A stretch of 64,000 bases of DNA from contig NC_086100.1 of the NCBI RefSeq assembly GCF_963921235.1, forward strand, positions 198,464,001-198,528,000. Reading direction: 5' to 3'. Position 1 is the first letter of the stretch. Every line of letters starts with the position of its first letter. Shown one piece after another: positions 12,636 through 24,784 of the stretch. The notes beneath the pieces are model-generated. The model had not been told where the DNA came from and searched no databases. It saw nothing but the letters and a program-made list of their open reading frames with translations. The DNA comes from Mobula hypostoma (lineage: Eukaryota). Made by a program: the position numbers and the translations under genes.

Positions 12636-15404
12636 TTCTCTTTCATTTTGTATTTTGCACAATTTGTGTTTTTTTGCACATTGGTTGTTTGTCTGCCACG
12701 TTGGGTGCGGTCTTTCATTGATTCTATTGGGTTTCTTGCATTTACTGTGTATGCCCGCAAGAAAACGGATCTCAGGGTTGTATATGGTGACGTATATGTA
12801 CTTTGATAATAAAATTACTTTGAGCTTTGGACGTCGTCGTTATTTGTTGGGTGGGGTGCAATTCGTTGGGCTTGTTGCATTTTCTCTGCGCAGTATTTTG
12901 ATACATTTGTATCTGACGCCTATGTCATTCTTATTTCCAATTTATTGGATGTTTTTCATTCAAATTGTGTCAGTTTGCTGTCGGCTTTATCAGATGTTCA
13001 CATTGTCACAGAAACGTTTGTCGCATTTATCAATTTAGCTTTGCTTATTTGGTTCTTCTTTTTATTTTATGTTTACTCCACTCGCTAATTGCTACAGATG
13101 TACGGTGGAGCGCGTTCTAACCGGCCGCATCACCGTCTGCTACGGGGAATCAAAATAAGCTGCAGACAGTTGTGAACTCAGTCATCTGCATCACAGGCAC
13201 TGCCTCCCCAATATTCAGGACACCTTCAAAAGTCGATGCCCCAAAGAGGCAGCATCCATCATTAAGGACCTCCATCACCCAGGACAGCTCTCTTCTCATC
13301 GGAAGAAGGTACAGGAGCCTGAAGACACACAATGAGCTTTTCAGGAACATCTTCTTCCCTTCCATATTCGATTTCTGGATAGACATCGAATCCATGAACG
13401 AAACCGCACTACTTACTTATTTTCCTTTTTGCATTACTTATTTAATTTAACTATATATATACACACACACTTCTCACTGTAACATAGTTTTATTATTATT
13501 TATCGTTATGTAGTGTTGCAGCGTAAAAACGAATTTCACGACATGTGTTGGTGATAGGAAACCGGATTCTGAATCGCTACTTTATAGGAATTGTGGTGTT
13601 TTATTAACATTGTTTGCAATTAGTTTCATCTGTTGAGTTTTTCCCCAAGTTGGTCTGGAAGTCACGTTGCAGCTGGTTGAGGCTTTGTTGAGGTTTGGAG
13701 CATTGTGCGCTTCTCTGAGGATCGTCACCTTCCCGAGATTTCCGACAGCATTGTCGTCTGAAGTTCAGCTACTGGTAGCGCTACCCACGATAGCAAGGTC
13801 CAGCGGAGTGATCCAGTCAATTCCTCGACAGTGGAGCTGGCAGAAGATGATGACACTGTAGGATAGTGTAACAGGTGACAGGTGACATTAAGGGAATACT
13901 GCTTTAAGAGCTTCCCGACCCCTCGGTTAATGTTAGGGGTCTGTGGCAGGAGGAAGGTTGGGAACACTTGGAACATCATACTTCTTGTCTCGAGTAACCG
14001 CACCTTCAAGGAACTGGAGGCTTTGGAGAGGCGCAGAGAGGGTTCGATTGGCTGCTGTCTGGATTATCGTCACATGCTCCAGGATACAGTGAAAAACTTG
14101 TCTCGTTCATTCAGATCCAAAGTACATTTATTAGCAGACAGAATACAACTCGGAGATTCATCCTGCCGCGGTCAGCCACGAAACACCACGGAACCCGCTC
14201 ATGAAAAACATCAAACACCCAACACGTGAAAAAAATGCCCACAACACACAGAATGTCAAGCATTTAATCAGGAGTCCAGTGGAAATGCTGTATTCGGTGG
14301 AGCTGGATTCTTATGGAATGCAGCTTCTTATCTGGTCAGTTACAATTTCTCTGGATTCTGAACGGCCCTGATCGCCTATCAAATGAGACCTTTGCATTTT
14401 GACCATTCACTGTATTTAAGGGGATTTATTTATTGCATTTTCTTGTGTGTGTTGCGTTTTTTTGTGGCTTCTGATTGTGCCGTGGCTTGTCATTTTGTTA
14501 CATTTTGTCAGCTGCTCTGTTTTAAGGAGCAGTAAGGCCATTCAGCCCATCGAGTCTGCTCTCATGCTGAATCGTCCCAGGTTCATTGTATTCACGTCAT
14601 TCTGCTGTGTTCGTTCAGGATTTGTGGCATTTATTTAATCTGTTGTTTTTTTTTATTTTACAGGGTGTTTTATTTGGATTACTGCATTTAGCAGTTTAAC
14701 TGCATTTTACTATTTTTGTCATAGTTTATCTATGCTTAGTTACATTATTAATTTAAATTTAATTTAGAGATACAGTGCAGTAACAAATTCTTCCGACCCA
14801 ATGAGCCCATGCCAATTACATCCATGTCAACCTACCAACCGGTAAGTCTTTGGTCTGTGGGAGGAAACTGGAGCATCTGGAGGAAGCCCATGTGGTTACG
14901 GGGAAACATACGAACTCCTTGCAGAGGGCGGCGGGAATTGAACCCGGGGTGCTGGTACTGTAAAGTGATGTGCTAACTGCCAACTACTGTGTCACCCCCG
15001 TTAAATGTCAGGATTGTTGCATTAGGTGACAGTGACATTATCTGCAAAGTTTTGCATAATTTATCTGTCACCCTCTCTCCTTTGTATTGAACTGAGCTTG
15101 TTATCTGCAGGAGAGGTGAGGGTGAGGGTCACCAGGTATAGTGTTAGCTGTACGATCGATCACTCGATCGAGTGTGATGGTCTCCTGAGGGGTTATCTAT
15201 TGGTGGGTCCTCAGGTGGCTGTAGAGGCTGATGTGGGATCCACATATTCTGGTGCAGTGTGGGTATGAGTAAGTGATGGCTGTGATTACTGGTAGGTCTG
15301 CAGTTACCTGTCAAGTGTGATGTATTTTTGTCAGGTTTTTGACACCATTTGTCTGCTTTTCAATGGTTCAATGGTTCCATTCATTATCAGAGAATGTATA
15401 CAAT

Positions 15405-15713
15405 GTGGGCACGTGGCCGAGTGGTTAAGGCATTGGACTAGCTACCTGAAGGTTGTGAGTTCGAGCCCCAGCTGTGTTGTGTCCGTGAGCAAGGCACTTA
15501 ATCACACATTGCTCTGCGATGACACTGGTGCCAAGCTGTATGGGTCCTGATGCCCTTCCCTTGGACAACATTGGTGTCGTAGAGAGGGGAGACTTGCATC
15601 ATGGGCAACTGCTGGTCTTCCATACAACCTTGCCCAGGCCTGCGCCCTGGAGAGTGAAGACTTTCCAGGTGCAGATCCATGGTTTCGCAAGACTAATGGA
15701 TGCCTTTAATTTA
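15405..15713 (+). mobile_element. tRNA-derived CORE-type SINE with RTE-like tail, 7-bp TSD
   Basis: A-box tggccgagtgg, B-box gagttcgagcc, CORE-like gtgtccgtgagcaaggcacttaatc. TSD atacaat at 15398-15404 and 15714-15720. Confidence 0.8.
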
Positions 15714-16344
15714 ATACAATATACAACCTGAATTTCTTACTCTTCATCCATAAAAACAGAAGAGCATCCCAAAGAATGACTGACAGTAAAAATATTAGCC
15801 CTTCCAAAGCCCCCCACTCCCTCCTACACACAGGCAGAAGCAGAACAACAACCCTCCCCTCCTCCCACTCACTTCAGCAAAAAAAGCATCAGCACCCTCC
15901 ACCCATCAAGTATGCAATGGCTAAGCCCCCAGTAAAGACCACAATCTGCAGTACAGCAAAATCTAATGGTTCATCTACATTCCACAGGCTCTCTCTCACT
16001 AATAAAGGGGAAAAGAGGTGTCACACAGTGGGAGAGGAGGCGAACTGAAACACAACTTGCTGATTACAGTGTTAAAAGCTGCCGCATCGCCTTTTGTTTT
16101 GCTGAATTCACCGACTCAAGAATCGGCAACAAGCTCTCCCCCCACCCACAAGTGAAGAGAGAGTACAGAACCCCTGACAGCTGATCCATTGTTCCTGATA
16201 TCCCATTTTCTCCTGCTTCAGTCAGTGGCACCAGCATAGAATCGGCTCATCCCAGTGCCCCAAAGCCTCAGAACCTCAAAGGCACACTCCTCTTCTAGGC
16301 CACATCCTTTGGATATCAAAAAACAGCCAGTCAATGAGCCCCAG

Positions 16345-17458
16345 GAATTGAATGAATTGGCTTTATTTCTTACATCCTTCACATACATGAGGAGTAAAAA
16401 TCTTTACGTTACGTCTCTATCTAAATGTACAATGTGTAATCATAGTAATTTATAATAAACAGAGCAGTTAATGAAACATAGAATACATTTAAATCAGCGT
16501 GAGTTCATCAGTCTGATGGCCTGGTGGAAGAAGCTGTCCCGGAGCCTGTTGGTCCTGGCTTTTATGCTGCGGTACTGTTTAGAAACATAGAAACACAGAA
16601 ACATAGTTTCCCAGATGGTAGCTGCTGGAACAGTTTGTGGTTGAGGTGACTTGGGTCCCCAATGATCCTTTGGGCCCTTTTTACACACCTGTTCTTGTAA
16701 ATATCCTGACTAGTGGGAAGTTCACATCTACAGATGCGCTGGGCTGTCCGCACCATTCGCTGCAGAGTCCTGCGATTGAGGGAAGTACAGTTCCCATACC
16801 AGGCAGTGATGCAGCCAGTCAGGATGCTCTGAATTGTGCCCCTGTAAAAAGTTCTTAGGATTTGGGGGCCCATACTAAACTTCCTCAACCATCTGAGGTG
16901 AAAGAGGTGCTGTTGTGCCTTTTTCACCACACAGTTGGTGTGTACAGACTACATGAGGTTTTTGGTGATGTAGATGCTGAGGAACTTGAAACTGTTCACC
17001 CTCTCAACCCAGATCCATTGCTGTCAATAGGGGTTAGCCCATCTCCATTCCTCCTGCATTCCACAACCAGCTCCTTTGTTTTTGCGACATTGAGGAAGAG
17101 GTTGTTTTCTTGACACCACTGTGTCAGGGTGATGACTTCTTCCCTGTAGGCCACCTCATTATTTTTTGAGATTAGGCCAATCAATGTAGTGTCATTGGCA
17201 AATTTAATTAGCAGATTGGAGCTGTGGGTAACAACACAGTCATGGGTATACAGGGAGTAAAGGAGGGGATTTAGTACACAGCCCTGAGGGGCATCCATGT
17301 TGAGGGTCAGATGGGTGGAGGTGAGGGAGCCCACTCTTACAACCTGCTGCCGATCTGACAGGAAGTCCAGGATCCAGCTGCACAGGGCAGGGTCAAGGCC
17401 GAGGTCTCTGAGCTTCTTGTCGAGCCTGGATGGAATCATGGTGTTGAATGCTGAACTG
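16345..17458 (-). mobile_element. Rex1/Babar-clade LINE 3' portion
   Basis: SAFNTMIP...LCSWILDFLSDR...PQGCVLNPLLYSLYTHDC...[46 protein letters not shown]. Confidence 0.9.
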
Positions 17459-18183
17459 CTTTTGTGGGTCCCATCACCGCAAAGAACTGAAGTTTGAGTG
17501 TTGCTCCAGGTCAGGGTCTTCAACAGGACCTGTCCACCTTGAAAAGGTAAAAGGGAGACATTAGAGGTTAGGAATTAACTGTTTGAGCTCGAAAAAGTCA
17601 CTGTCCAACACCATCATAGCTCCGTCCAAGCTCTGCTTTTTGTATCTGAGTTTGTTATGTTTTGTTCCCCGAATTGTATATTTTCTTTGAACAACTTTAT
17701 CTTCTTGAGTTTGTTGCAATTTGACAACATTGTTGCAATTTAACAACATTGTTGCACTTAGTTTTGTTGCAATTTAACAACATTATTACATTTAGACAGT
17801 TTTGTTGCAATTGGGAAACATTGTTGCAGTTTAACTTTTTGTCCTAGACTACTGGTTGCATTTAGTTCAAAGATTCAAAGTACATTTATTATCAATGTAT
17901 GTATGCAGTATACAACTCTGAGATTTGAATTCCCACAGACAGCCACAAAGCAAAGAAACACCATGGGGCTGTTCAAAGAAAACACCAATCACCCAATCCA
18001 TGAAAAAAAGAACAAATTGCACAAGTGGTTTGTTGCATTTTTACAGGAATCCTGTAGTTAAGCAAACTGTGTTACTTTTTTTTTGCTGTTCTTTTTTATC
18101 CATTGTTTCAGTTGTCCTTTTATGGATATTGTGTCATAATGTGTTAATTTGTCAGGAATATTGTACTTTAAGGGGTGCCTTTA

Positions 18184-18580
18184 TAGAAACATAGAAAACC
18201 TATGGCATAATACAGGCCCTTTGGCCCACAAAGCTGTGCTGAACATGTCCTTACCTTAGAAATTACCTAGGGTTATCCATAGCCTCTATTTTTCAGAGCT
18301 CCATGCACCTGTCCAGGAGTCTCTTAAAAAACCCTATTGCATCCGCCTCCATCACCATTGCCGGCAGCCCATTCCACGCTCTCACCACTCTCTGCATAAA
18401 AAACGTAACTCTGACATCCCCTCTGTACCTACTTCCAAGCACCTTAAACCTGCGCCCTCTTGTGTTAGCCATTTCAGCCCTGGGAAAAAGCTTCTGACTA
18501 TCCACATGATCAATGCCTCTCATTATCTTATACACCTCTATCAGGTCACCTCTCATCCTCCATCGCTCCAAGGAGAAAAG
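18184..18580 (-). mobile_element. CR1 3' fragment
   Basis: FSLERWRMRGDLIEVYKIMRGID...RVVRAWNGLP and (atagaaac) tail. Confidence 0.88.
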
Positions 18581-18945
18581 GCATGCTCCCCAATCCAGGC
18601 AACATCCTACCAAAATGAACCACCTCACACTTATCTGGGTTGAACTCCATCTGCCACTTGCCAACTTCTTATTTGGTATTCCTGTTCTTCTGTCATTCCT
18701 GGTATATTTTATGGCTGAATTTTGTGGTTTTATAGTTGTTTGGTGGTTTGTTTTCTTTGGTCGGGAAGATTGAATTTTGGATTGGTTGAATTTGGACCGA
18801 TTATATTTTGCTGTTTGCTTTATTTTGTCCATTCATTTTCATTGTTTTTGGCATGTGTTATAATTTATTGTTTGCGCTTTTTTTTTGTATTTTTCCAGTT
18901 CTGTTGAACTTTGCTGGATTTTTAGTTCTTTGTCAGATTTGATAT

Positions 18946-19070
18946 ATACAGTGGATTCCAATTAATTGGGCTATTGGTTATTCGGGCCAGCTGTTTATCT
19001 GGGACAATTCTTAAAGAACAAAAACTAATTGAGGAAATAGCCGGATTCCCTTCATTTATTTAGGACTCTA
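18946..19070 (+). mobile_element. Possible Tc1/pogo-type DNA transposon end
   Basis: TA|CAGTGGATTCC terminus. No partner TIR seen. Confidence 0.35.
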
Positions 19071-19308
19071 ACCTTTCCATCCTGCATAGCCTTCCATTTT
19101 TCTATCATCCATCTGCCTATCTAAGAGTCTGTTAAATGTCCCTAATGTATTTGCCTTCAGCACATTCCACACACCCACAACTCTCTGTGTAAAAAAAAAC
19201 TACCTCTGACATCCCCCCTGTATCTTACATCAATCATTTTAAAATTGTGCTTCCTCATATTAGACATTTCAACCCTCAGAAAAAGCTCTCTAGCTGTCTA
19301 CTCTATCT

Positions 19309-21000
19309 CATTCATTCAGGTGCCTTGCCGTTCGGCATGGACAATCATGTCTCTCCATCCATCACGGTCCCTGACCCTCCGAATTGTAGTTGTTGCCTCC
19401 CGTTTCTAACCATGATGTTATTCCATCTATCATTTCCATTCTCTGTCTGCCTCTGCTTCTTTTTCCTTCCAGCTTTCCAGTTGTAACTAAATGTTCTAAT
19501 GTCTCTCTTCGCATGATGTGTCCAAAGAATTTTGATTGCTGTTTTCTGATTTTTTTTTAAGTAATGCATGTTTCATTTTCATTCTCTGTAGAATTTCTTC
19601 GTTGGTTATCCTGTCCATATATGGTATACATAACATTCTTCTGAGGAACCACATCTCTGCTGCATTGATTCTTTTTTCCATTGCATTTGTGATGGTCCAT
19701 GGCTCGTAGTTATACATCAATACAGGAAGAATGTAACAGCTGAGAGTTCTAAGGCGGGTGTCAATTGCTATTTTCTTGTTCGTTAGGACGTTTCTCATTT
19801 CTGTAAATGCTGTTCTTGCCATTGCTATTCTTGCTTTTATGTCTGTTTCGCATTTGCCATCAGATGTTATCCATGATCCAAGGTACTTGAAGTTGTGAAC
19901 TTGTTTCAGGATTTCATTTCCCAATACGATCCCACAGTTTGGGATATCAGGTTTCTTTGATATTACCATTGCTTCAGTTTTCTTTTTGTTTAAGGTGAGG
20001 CCAAGTCTTTCACTCTCTGTGTTGATGGTAAATACTAGTTTCTGTAAATTTACTTCACTGTCTGCTATCAGTACTGTATCATCCGCATAGTCCAGGTAGT
20101 TCTTGTATGGTTCTCATGATGTTTTCACTGTACAGGGAGAACAGGTCCGGTGACAGAACACAACCCTGTCTAAGTCCTCGCTTTATTGGCTGTTATTCAC
20201 CAATCTCGTTGTCTATCCGTATGGCTGCACTTTGTTGCCTGTAGAGATTCCTGATTACTCTTAGATCTTTTCCGTCGATATTAATATCTTCAAGCATTTT
20301 CATGCTGACTTGGTGTTTCACTGTGTCAAAGGCTTTTGTGTAGTCAATGAAACAGAAGTATAGGTCTTGTTGTACTTCTATTGACCTTTCGATAATATTC
20401 CTGAGGATATAAGTGGCGTTTGATGTTCCCTTGTCTTCGACAAAGCCGCACTGTTCTTCACTAATCTCTGGTTTAATTTTGTTTCTTATTCTGAGCATAA
20501 GTAGAATTTTTGTGAGGTGGCTCATTAAACTAATTGTTCTGTGTTGTCCACACTCTGTTGCACCTGGTTTCTTTGGCATTGCAATGAATACTGTCTTTAA
20601 AAGATCTTCTGGTACTTTGCCGCTGTTGTATATTCTATTCAATAAGGTCGTAAATTTCTCGACACCCAAATCTTCTAGCGCTTTATACAGTTCAACCGGA
20701 ATGTTATCTGGTCCTGATGATTTCCCCTTTCGCATTTCCTTCAGAGCATGTTCCACTTCTTCTTTCAGTATTGCTGGGCCCTCGTTGTTGTTGCCAATAT
20801 CTCCTTTCAGTCTTTGTCGTCGCGTAGGTCTTTGATGTATTCTGACCATCTTTGCATTATTTTTCCTTTTTCCATAATTGTAGAGTCGTCTTTTGCTTTT
20901 ATACATCCTGTTGCTGCCCCACTTTTCTTCCGATTCGTGACCTCTTTGATCTCATCGTGCATACAGTACGTTTGCTGTTGTTGGTCTTCTGCAATTGTTC
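19309..21000 (-). mobile_element. RTE-clade LINE (5'-truncated, frameshifted RT), inserted in a CR1 fragment
   Basis: GKSSGPDNIP, FIDYTKAFD, GLRQGC, YADD at 20078-20089, FKYLGSWITSDG, AAEMWFLRRML; (tgaa)n tail. Confidence 0.9.
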
Positions 21001-21389
21001 TATCCTCTACCTATGCCTGTCATAATCTTGTAAACTTCTATCCAGTTACCCCTCAGCCTTGGCTGCTCCAGAGGGAAAAACTGAACTGCATCCAGCCTTT
21101 CCTTATAGCTCACATCTTCCAACCCAGCAATATCCTGGTTAACCTCTTCTGCAACCCTCTCCCAACCCTTGACATCCTTTCTATAATGAGGGTGAACAGA
21201 ACTGTGTGCAATACTTCAGGTGAGGCCAAACTAGAGTTTTATAAAGCTGCAATATAAACTACAACAAATAAGACAGCTACTTATACACAAGATGAAATAG
21301 ATGATGGAACATGGCTGTCTCATGAGGATAGGTTGAATGAGCCAGAGTGAAGGAGCATGAGAGGTGACTTGATATACACAAGATGACAG

Positions 21390-21895
21390 GAGGCAGCATC
21401 TTTGGAAAAGAGTAAGCAGTCAGACGTTTCAGGCTGAGACACTTCAGCAGGACTGGAAAAATGTAAGAGGAGTCAGAGTTGGACGTGGGGGAAGGGAGGG
21501 AGAAACTCAAGGTGATGGGTGCTACTGGGAGGGAGAGGGATGAAATAAAGAGCTGGGAAGTTGATTGGTGAAAGAGATACAGGACTGGAGAAGGAGGAAT
21601 CTGAAAGGAGAGCACAGAGGCCATGGAAGAAAGAAAAGGGGGAGGACCACCAGAGGGAGGTGATGGGCAGGCAAAGAGATAAGGTGAGGAATGGAAAAGG
21701 GGATGGGGAATGGTGAAGGACAGGGTGGGGGCATTACCAGAAGTTCGAGAAATCAATGTTCATGCCATCAGGTTGGAGGCTACACAGACGGAATATAAGA
21801 TGTTGTTTCTCCAACCTGAGTGTGGCCTTTTTGCAACAGTAGAGGAGGCAATGGATTGACATATCGAAAAGGGAATGGGAAGTGGAATTAAAATT
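21390..21895 (-). mobile_element. Penelope-like element 3' fragment
   Basis: GIY-YIG C-terminal remnant (SLQPDGMNIDFSNF) plus terminal repeat with a decayed hammerhead. Confidence 0.8.
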
Positions 21896-22745
21896 TTTCA
21901 GATTAGAGTTTTCCTTCTCCTAGATGATCTGCCAACCATGGCTAATGAACCCCATCTGCCTTAAGTAACTGGTTTTAATGCACCAGTAACCCACCTTCAC
22001 CACTTCTCCAATCAGTAGAAATGACTCTTTTGGGCTTAGTAGCTAAGCCACACATGAAGGCCAGGAGTTGGACTTGGTTGTCAGAGTCTATTTGAGATGA
22101 ACGTCATTGGGAGCATTTAATAGGTAGTGGGATCTTATGTCCACTAACACCCTTAACTGTGACAACCTTATATTCTGCCTGTTCTTTCATTCAGTACAAT
22201 TTGTCCCGTTTGATGGATTTTAAGCAGCTTGCTGCATTTTGTCATGCTTTGTGGGGTTGTGGCCTGTTGTCTCAGTTTTTTGGAGTCTAGCATTTTGTGG
22301 GCATTGCTGTATTTGTTGTTATGTTGTTACAATATGTTCAATGCCTAATACCTAAAACTATCAGGGATGCAAAGTCATAGAGAAGCACAGCACAGAAACA
22401 GGCCATTTGGTCCACCTAATCTGTGCTGAACTATCCATTTAAACTGCCCACTCCCATCAAACTGCATTGGGACCATAGCCTGCGTATCCTTACCATCCAT
22501 GTATCTATCCAAACTTCTCTTGAACATTGAAATCATTCACATTCTCATGACCATCTGAGTGAAGAAGTTTCCCCTCATCTTCCCCTTAAACTTCTCACCT
22601 TTCACCCTTAACCCATGACCTCTAATTGTAGCCTCACCAAACCTCAGTGGAAAAAGTCTGCATGCACTTACCCTATCTCTACCCCCTCATAATTTTGTAT
22701 ACTCGATACACCAGCTCAAACACTACTTAGTTAACCTTTAAACTA

Positions 22746-23421
22746 AGGAGAAGGAGGAGGAGGAGAAGATGGCGACGCGATTCAGCGCGCAGTGGCCACT
22801 CCGGTGAATGATATCTGTTATCTGTCAAGTAGGGTGCCGTGCACAATCCTGATTTTATAGACACAGATGTGAGAGCACAGAGGAACATCTGGTGAAACTT
22901 CTGAAATACCTGCTTCGCTGCTGCTGCTACCGTGTGATGCAGAATCTCCGGAGGGGAAGGCCCCAAATCCTCGGCTTTGCTTGTTGCTCAGTGGCCGGGG
23001 CAGAGTCGAAGCGCTCGGCAGAGATGGTACTCGGTGCTTGGTGTCGGAGGGCTGGTCGGAGACTCGAAGTTTTCGGACGGACTCAGAGTCGGCTGCGGTC
23101 GGGTGCTTCCAATGCATTGGCAAGTTTGCGGCGCTTGGAGGCAGGGAGAGTTTCTCCCTTCTACCATCTGTGTGAGATGATGGGGCTATCGGGACTTGAG
23201 ACCTTTTTTTTTACCATGCCCATGGTCTGCTCTTTATCAAATTACGGTATTGCTTTGCACTGTTGTGACTGTATGTTATAATTATGTGGTTTTGTCAGTT
23301 TTAGTCTTGGTTTGTCCTGTGTTTCTGTGATATCTTTCTGGAGGAACATGGTATCATTTTTTAATGCATGCATTTCTAAATGACAATAAACGAGGACCAA
23401 GTATCCTCATAATCTAATCTA
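22746..23421 (+). mobile_element. Non-autonomous retroposon with YY1-type head, apparently full length
   Basis: AAGATGGCG at 22766-22774, CpG-rich 5' half, AATAAA at 23385-23390, (taatc)n tail. Four copies in the window. Confidence 0.65.
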
Positions 23422-23464
23422 AACTGCCATCATTTTGTCTTTTATTTTCATGTTTGCGTTCGGC

Positions 23465-24083
23465 GGGAGGAGAGGATGGCAACGTGCCGCGCGTGCGCAG
23501 CTCTCTGGTGAAAAATGATGTCGTATCTGTTAAATAGGGGCCGTGGGCAATTCTGATTTGATGGAGAATGGATGTGAAATCACAGAGGAACATCTGGAGA
23601 AATTTCTGAAACGCCCGTACGCTGCTGTCGTTACTGTGTGGTCGGGAATCTTTCGGAGGGTAGGCCTCAAAATCCCCAGCCTTGCTTGCTTTTGGTGACC
23701 GAGAAGGAGGTTGAATCTTTCGGCAGAGATGGCGCTCAGTACTCGGTGTCGGAGAGCTGATCAGAGCTCGAAGTTTTCAGATGACTCAGAGTCGGATTGT
23801 GGTCCGCATGGCAGGGAGAGTTTTTCTTCCTTCTCCCGTCTGCGTGAGATGTGGGACATTTGAGAAACTTTGAACTTTACTGTGCTCACGGACTTTCTTC
23901 ATCAAGTTATGGTATTGTTACACTGTTGTAACTATATGTATAATTATGTGGTTTTGTCAGTTTTTTTAGTCTTGGTTTGTCCTGTGTTTTGTGATATCAC
24001 ACCGGAGGAAATAATGTATCATTTCTTAATGCATGCATTACTAAATGACAATAAAAGGGGACTACGTGTCTTCCTAATCTATC
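23465..24083 (+). mobile_element. Second, diverged full-length copy of the same retroposon
   Basis: Colinear with 22746-23421. Its tail nearly matches the fragment at 57140-57250 (-). Confidence 0.65.
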
Positions 24084-24084
24084 C

Positions 24085-24500
24085 AGTAAGAAGGTGGGGG
24101 GAGGGGAAGAAGGAGTACTAGGTGATAGGTAGCACCTGAGTGTGTCCTCATGACAGTGGAGGAGGCTGTGGGATAGACATGTCGGAATGGGAATGGGAAG
24201 TAGAATTGAAGTGGGTGGCCACTGAGAGATCCCACTTTTTCTGGCAGGTGGAAAGAAGGTGCTCGGTGAAGCAGTCTCCCAATCTATTCCAGGTCTCACC
24301 GATATACTGGAGGCCACACCAGGAGTGCCGGATACAGCAGGTGACCCCAGCGCTCGCAGGTGAAGTGCCAACTCACCTGGAAGGACTGTGTGAGGACCTA
24401 AATAGTAGTGAGGAAGGAGGTGTAGGGGCAAGTGTGGCACTTGTTCTGCTTGTAAGGATAAGTAGCAGGATGGAGATCAGAGGTGGGGAACGAACGGGCA
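24085..24500 (-). mobile_element. Penelope-like element fragment (GIY-YIG region)
   Basis: Minus strand matches the 61559-62011 coding region, with deletions. Confidence 0.75.
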
Positions 24501-24784
24501 AGAAGTTACCTCACAGGTAAATACTGAGAGGAACAATACTGATAGGGCAGCTTCTATCTCACTGCTATAGACTATTGAACAGTGAGATTCAGATTCAGAT
24601 TCAATTATTTATCATGTGCCCATCGAAGCTTACAGTAAAATGTGTCATTTCGTCAACAACCTACACAACCTAAGGATGAGCTGAGGGCCGCCTGCAGCAC
24701 AAGAGGAATCTGCTTCATTATGACCTTGCACCTCTTTGTCTGCCTGCACTGCACTTCCTCCATAACTGTAACACCTTGTACCAC

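Noticed and set aside
12202..13038. 278-aa hydrophobic ORF resembling a membrane protein
   Set aside because: Translation of an (ATTT)n microsatellite and a Rex1-type 3' region.
15405..15475. tRNA gene
   Set aside because: It is the tRNA-derived head of a SINE with TSDs; no complete cloverleaf or Pol III terminator.
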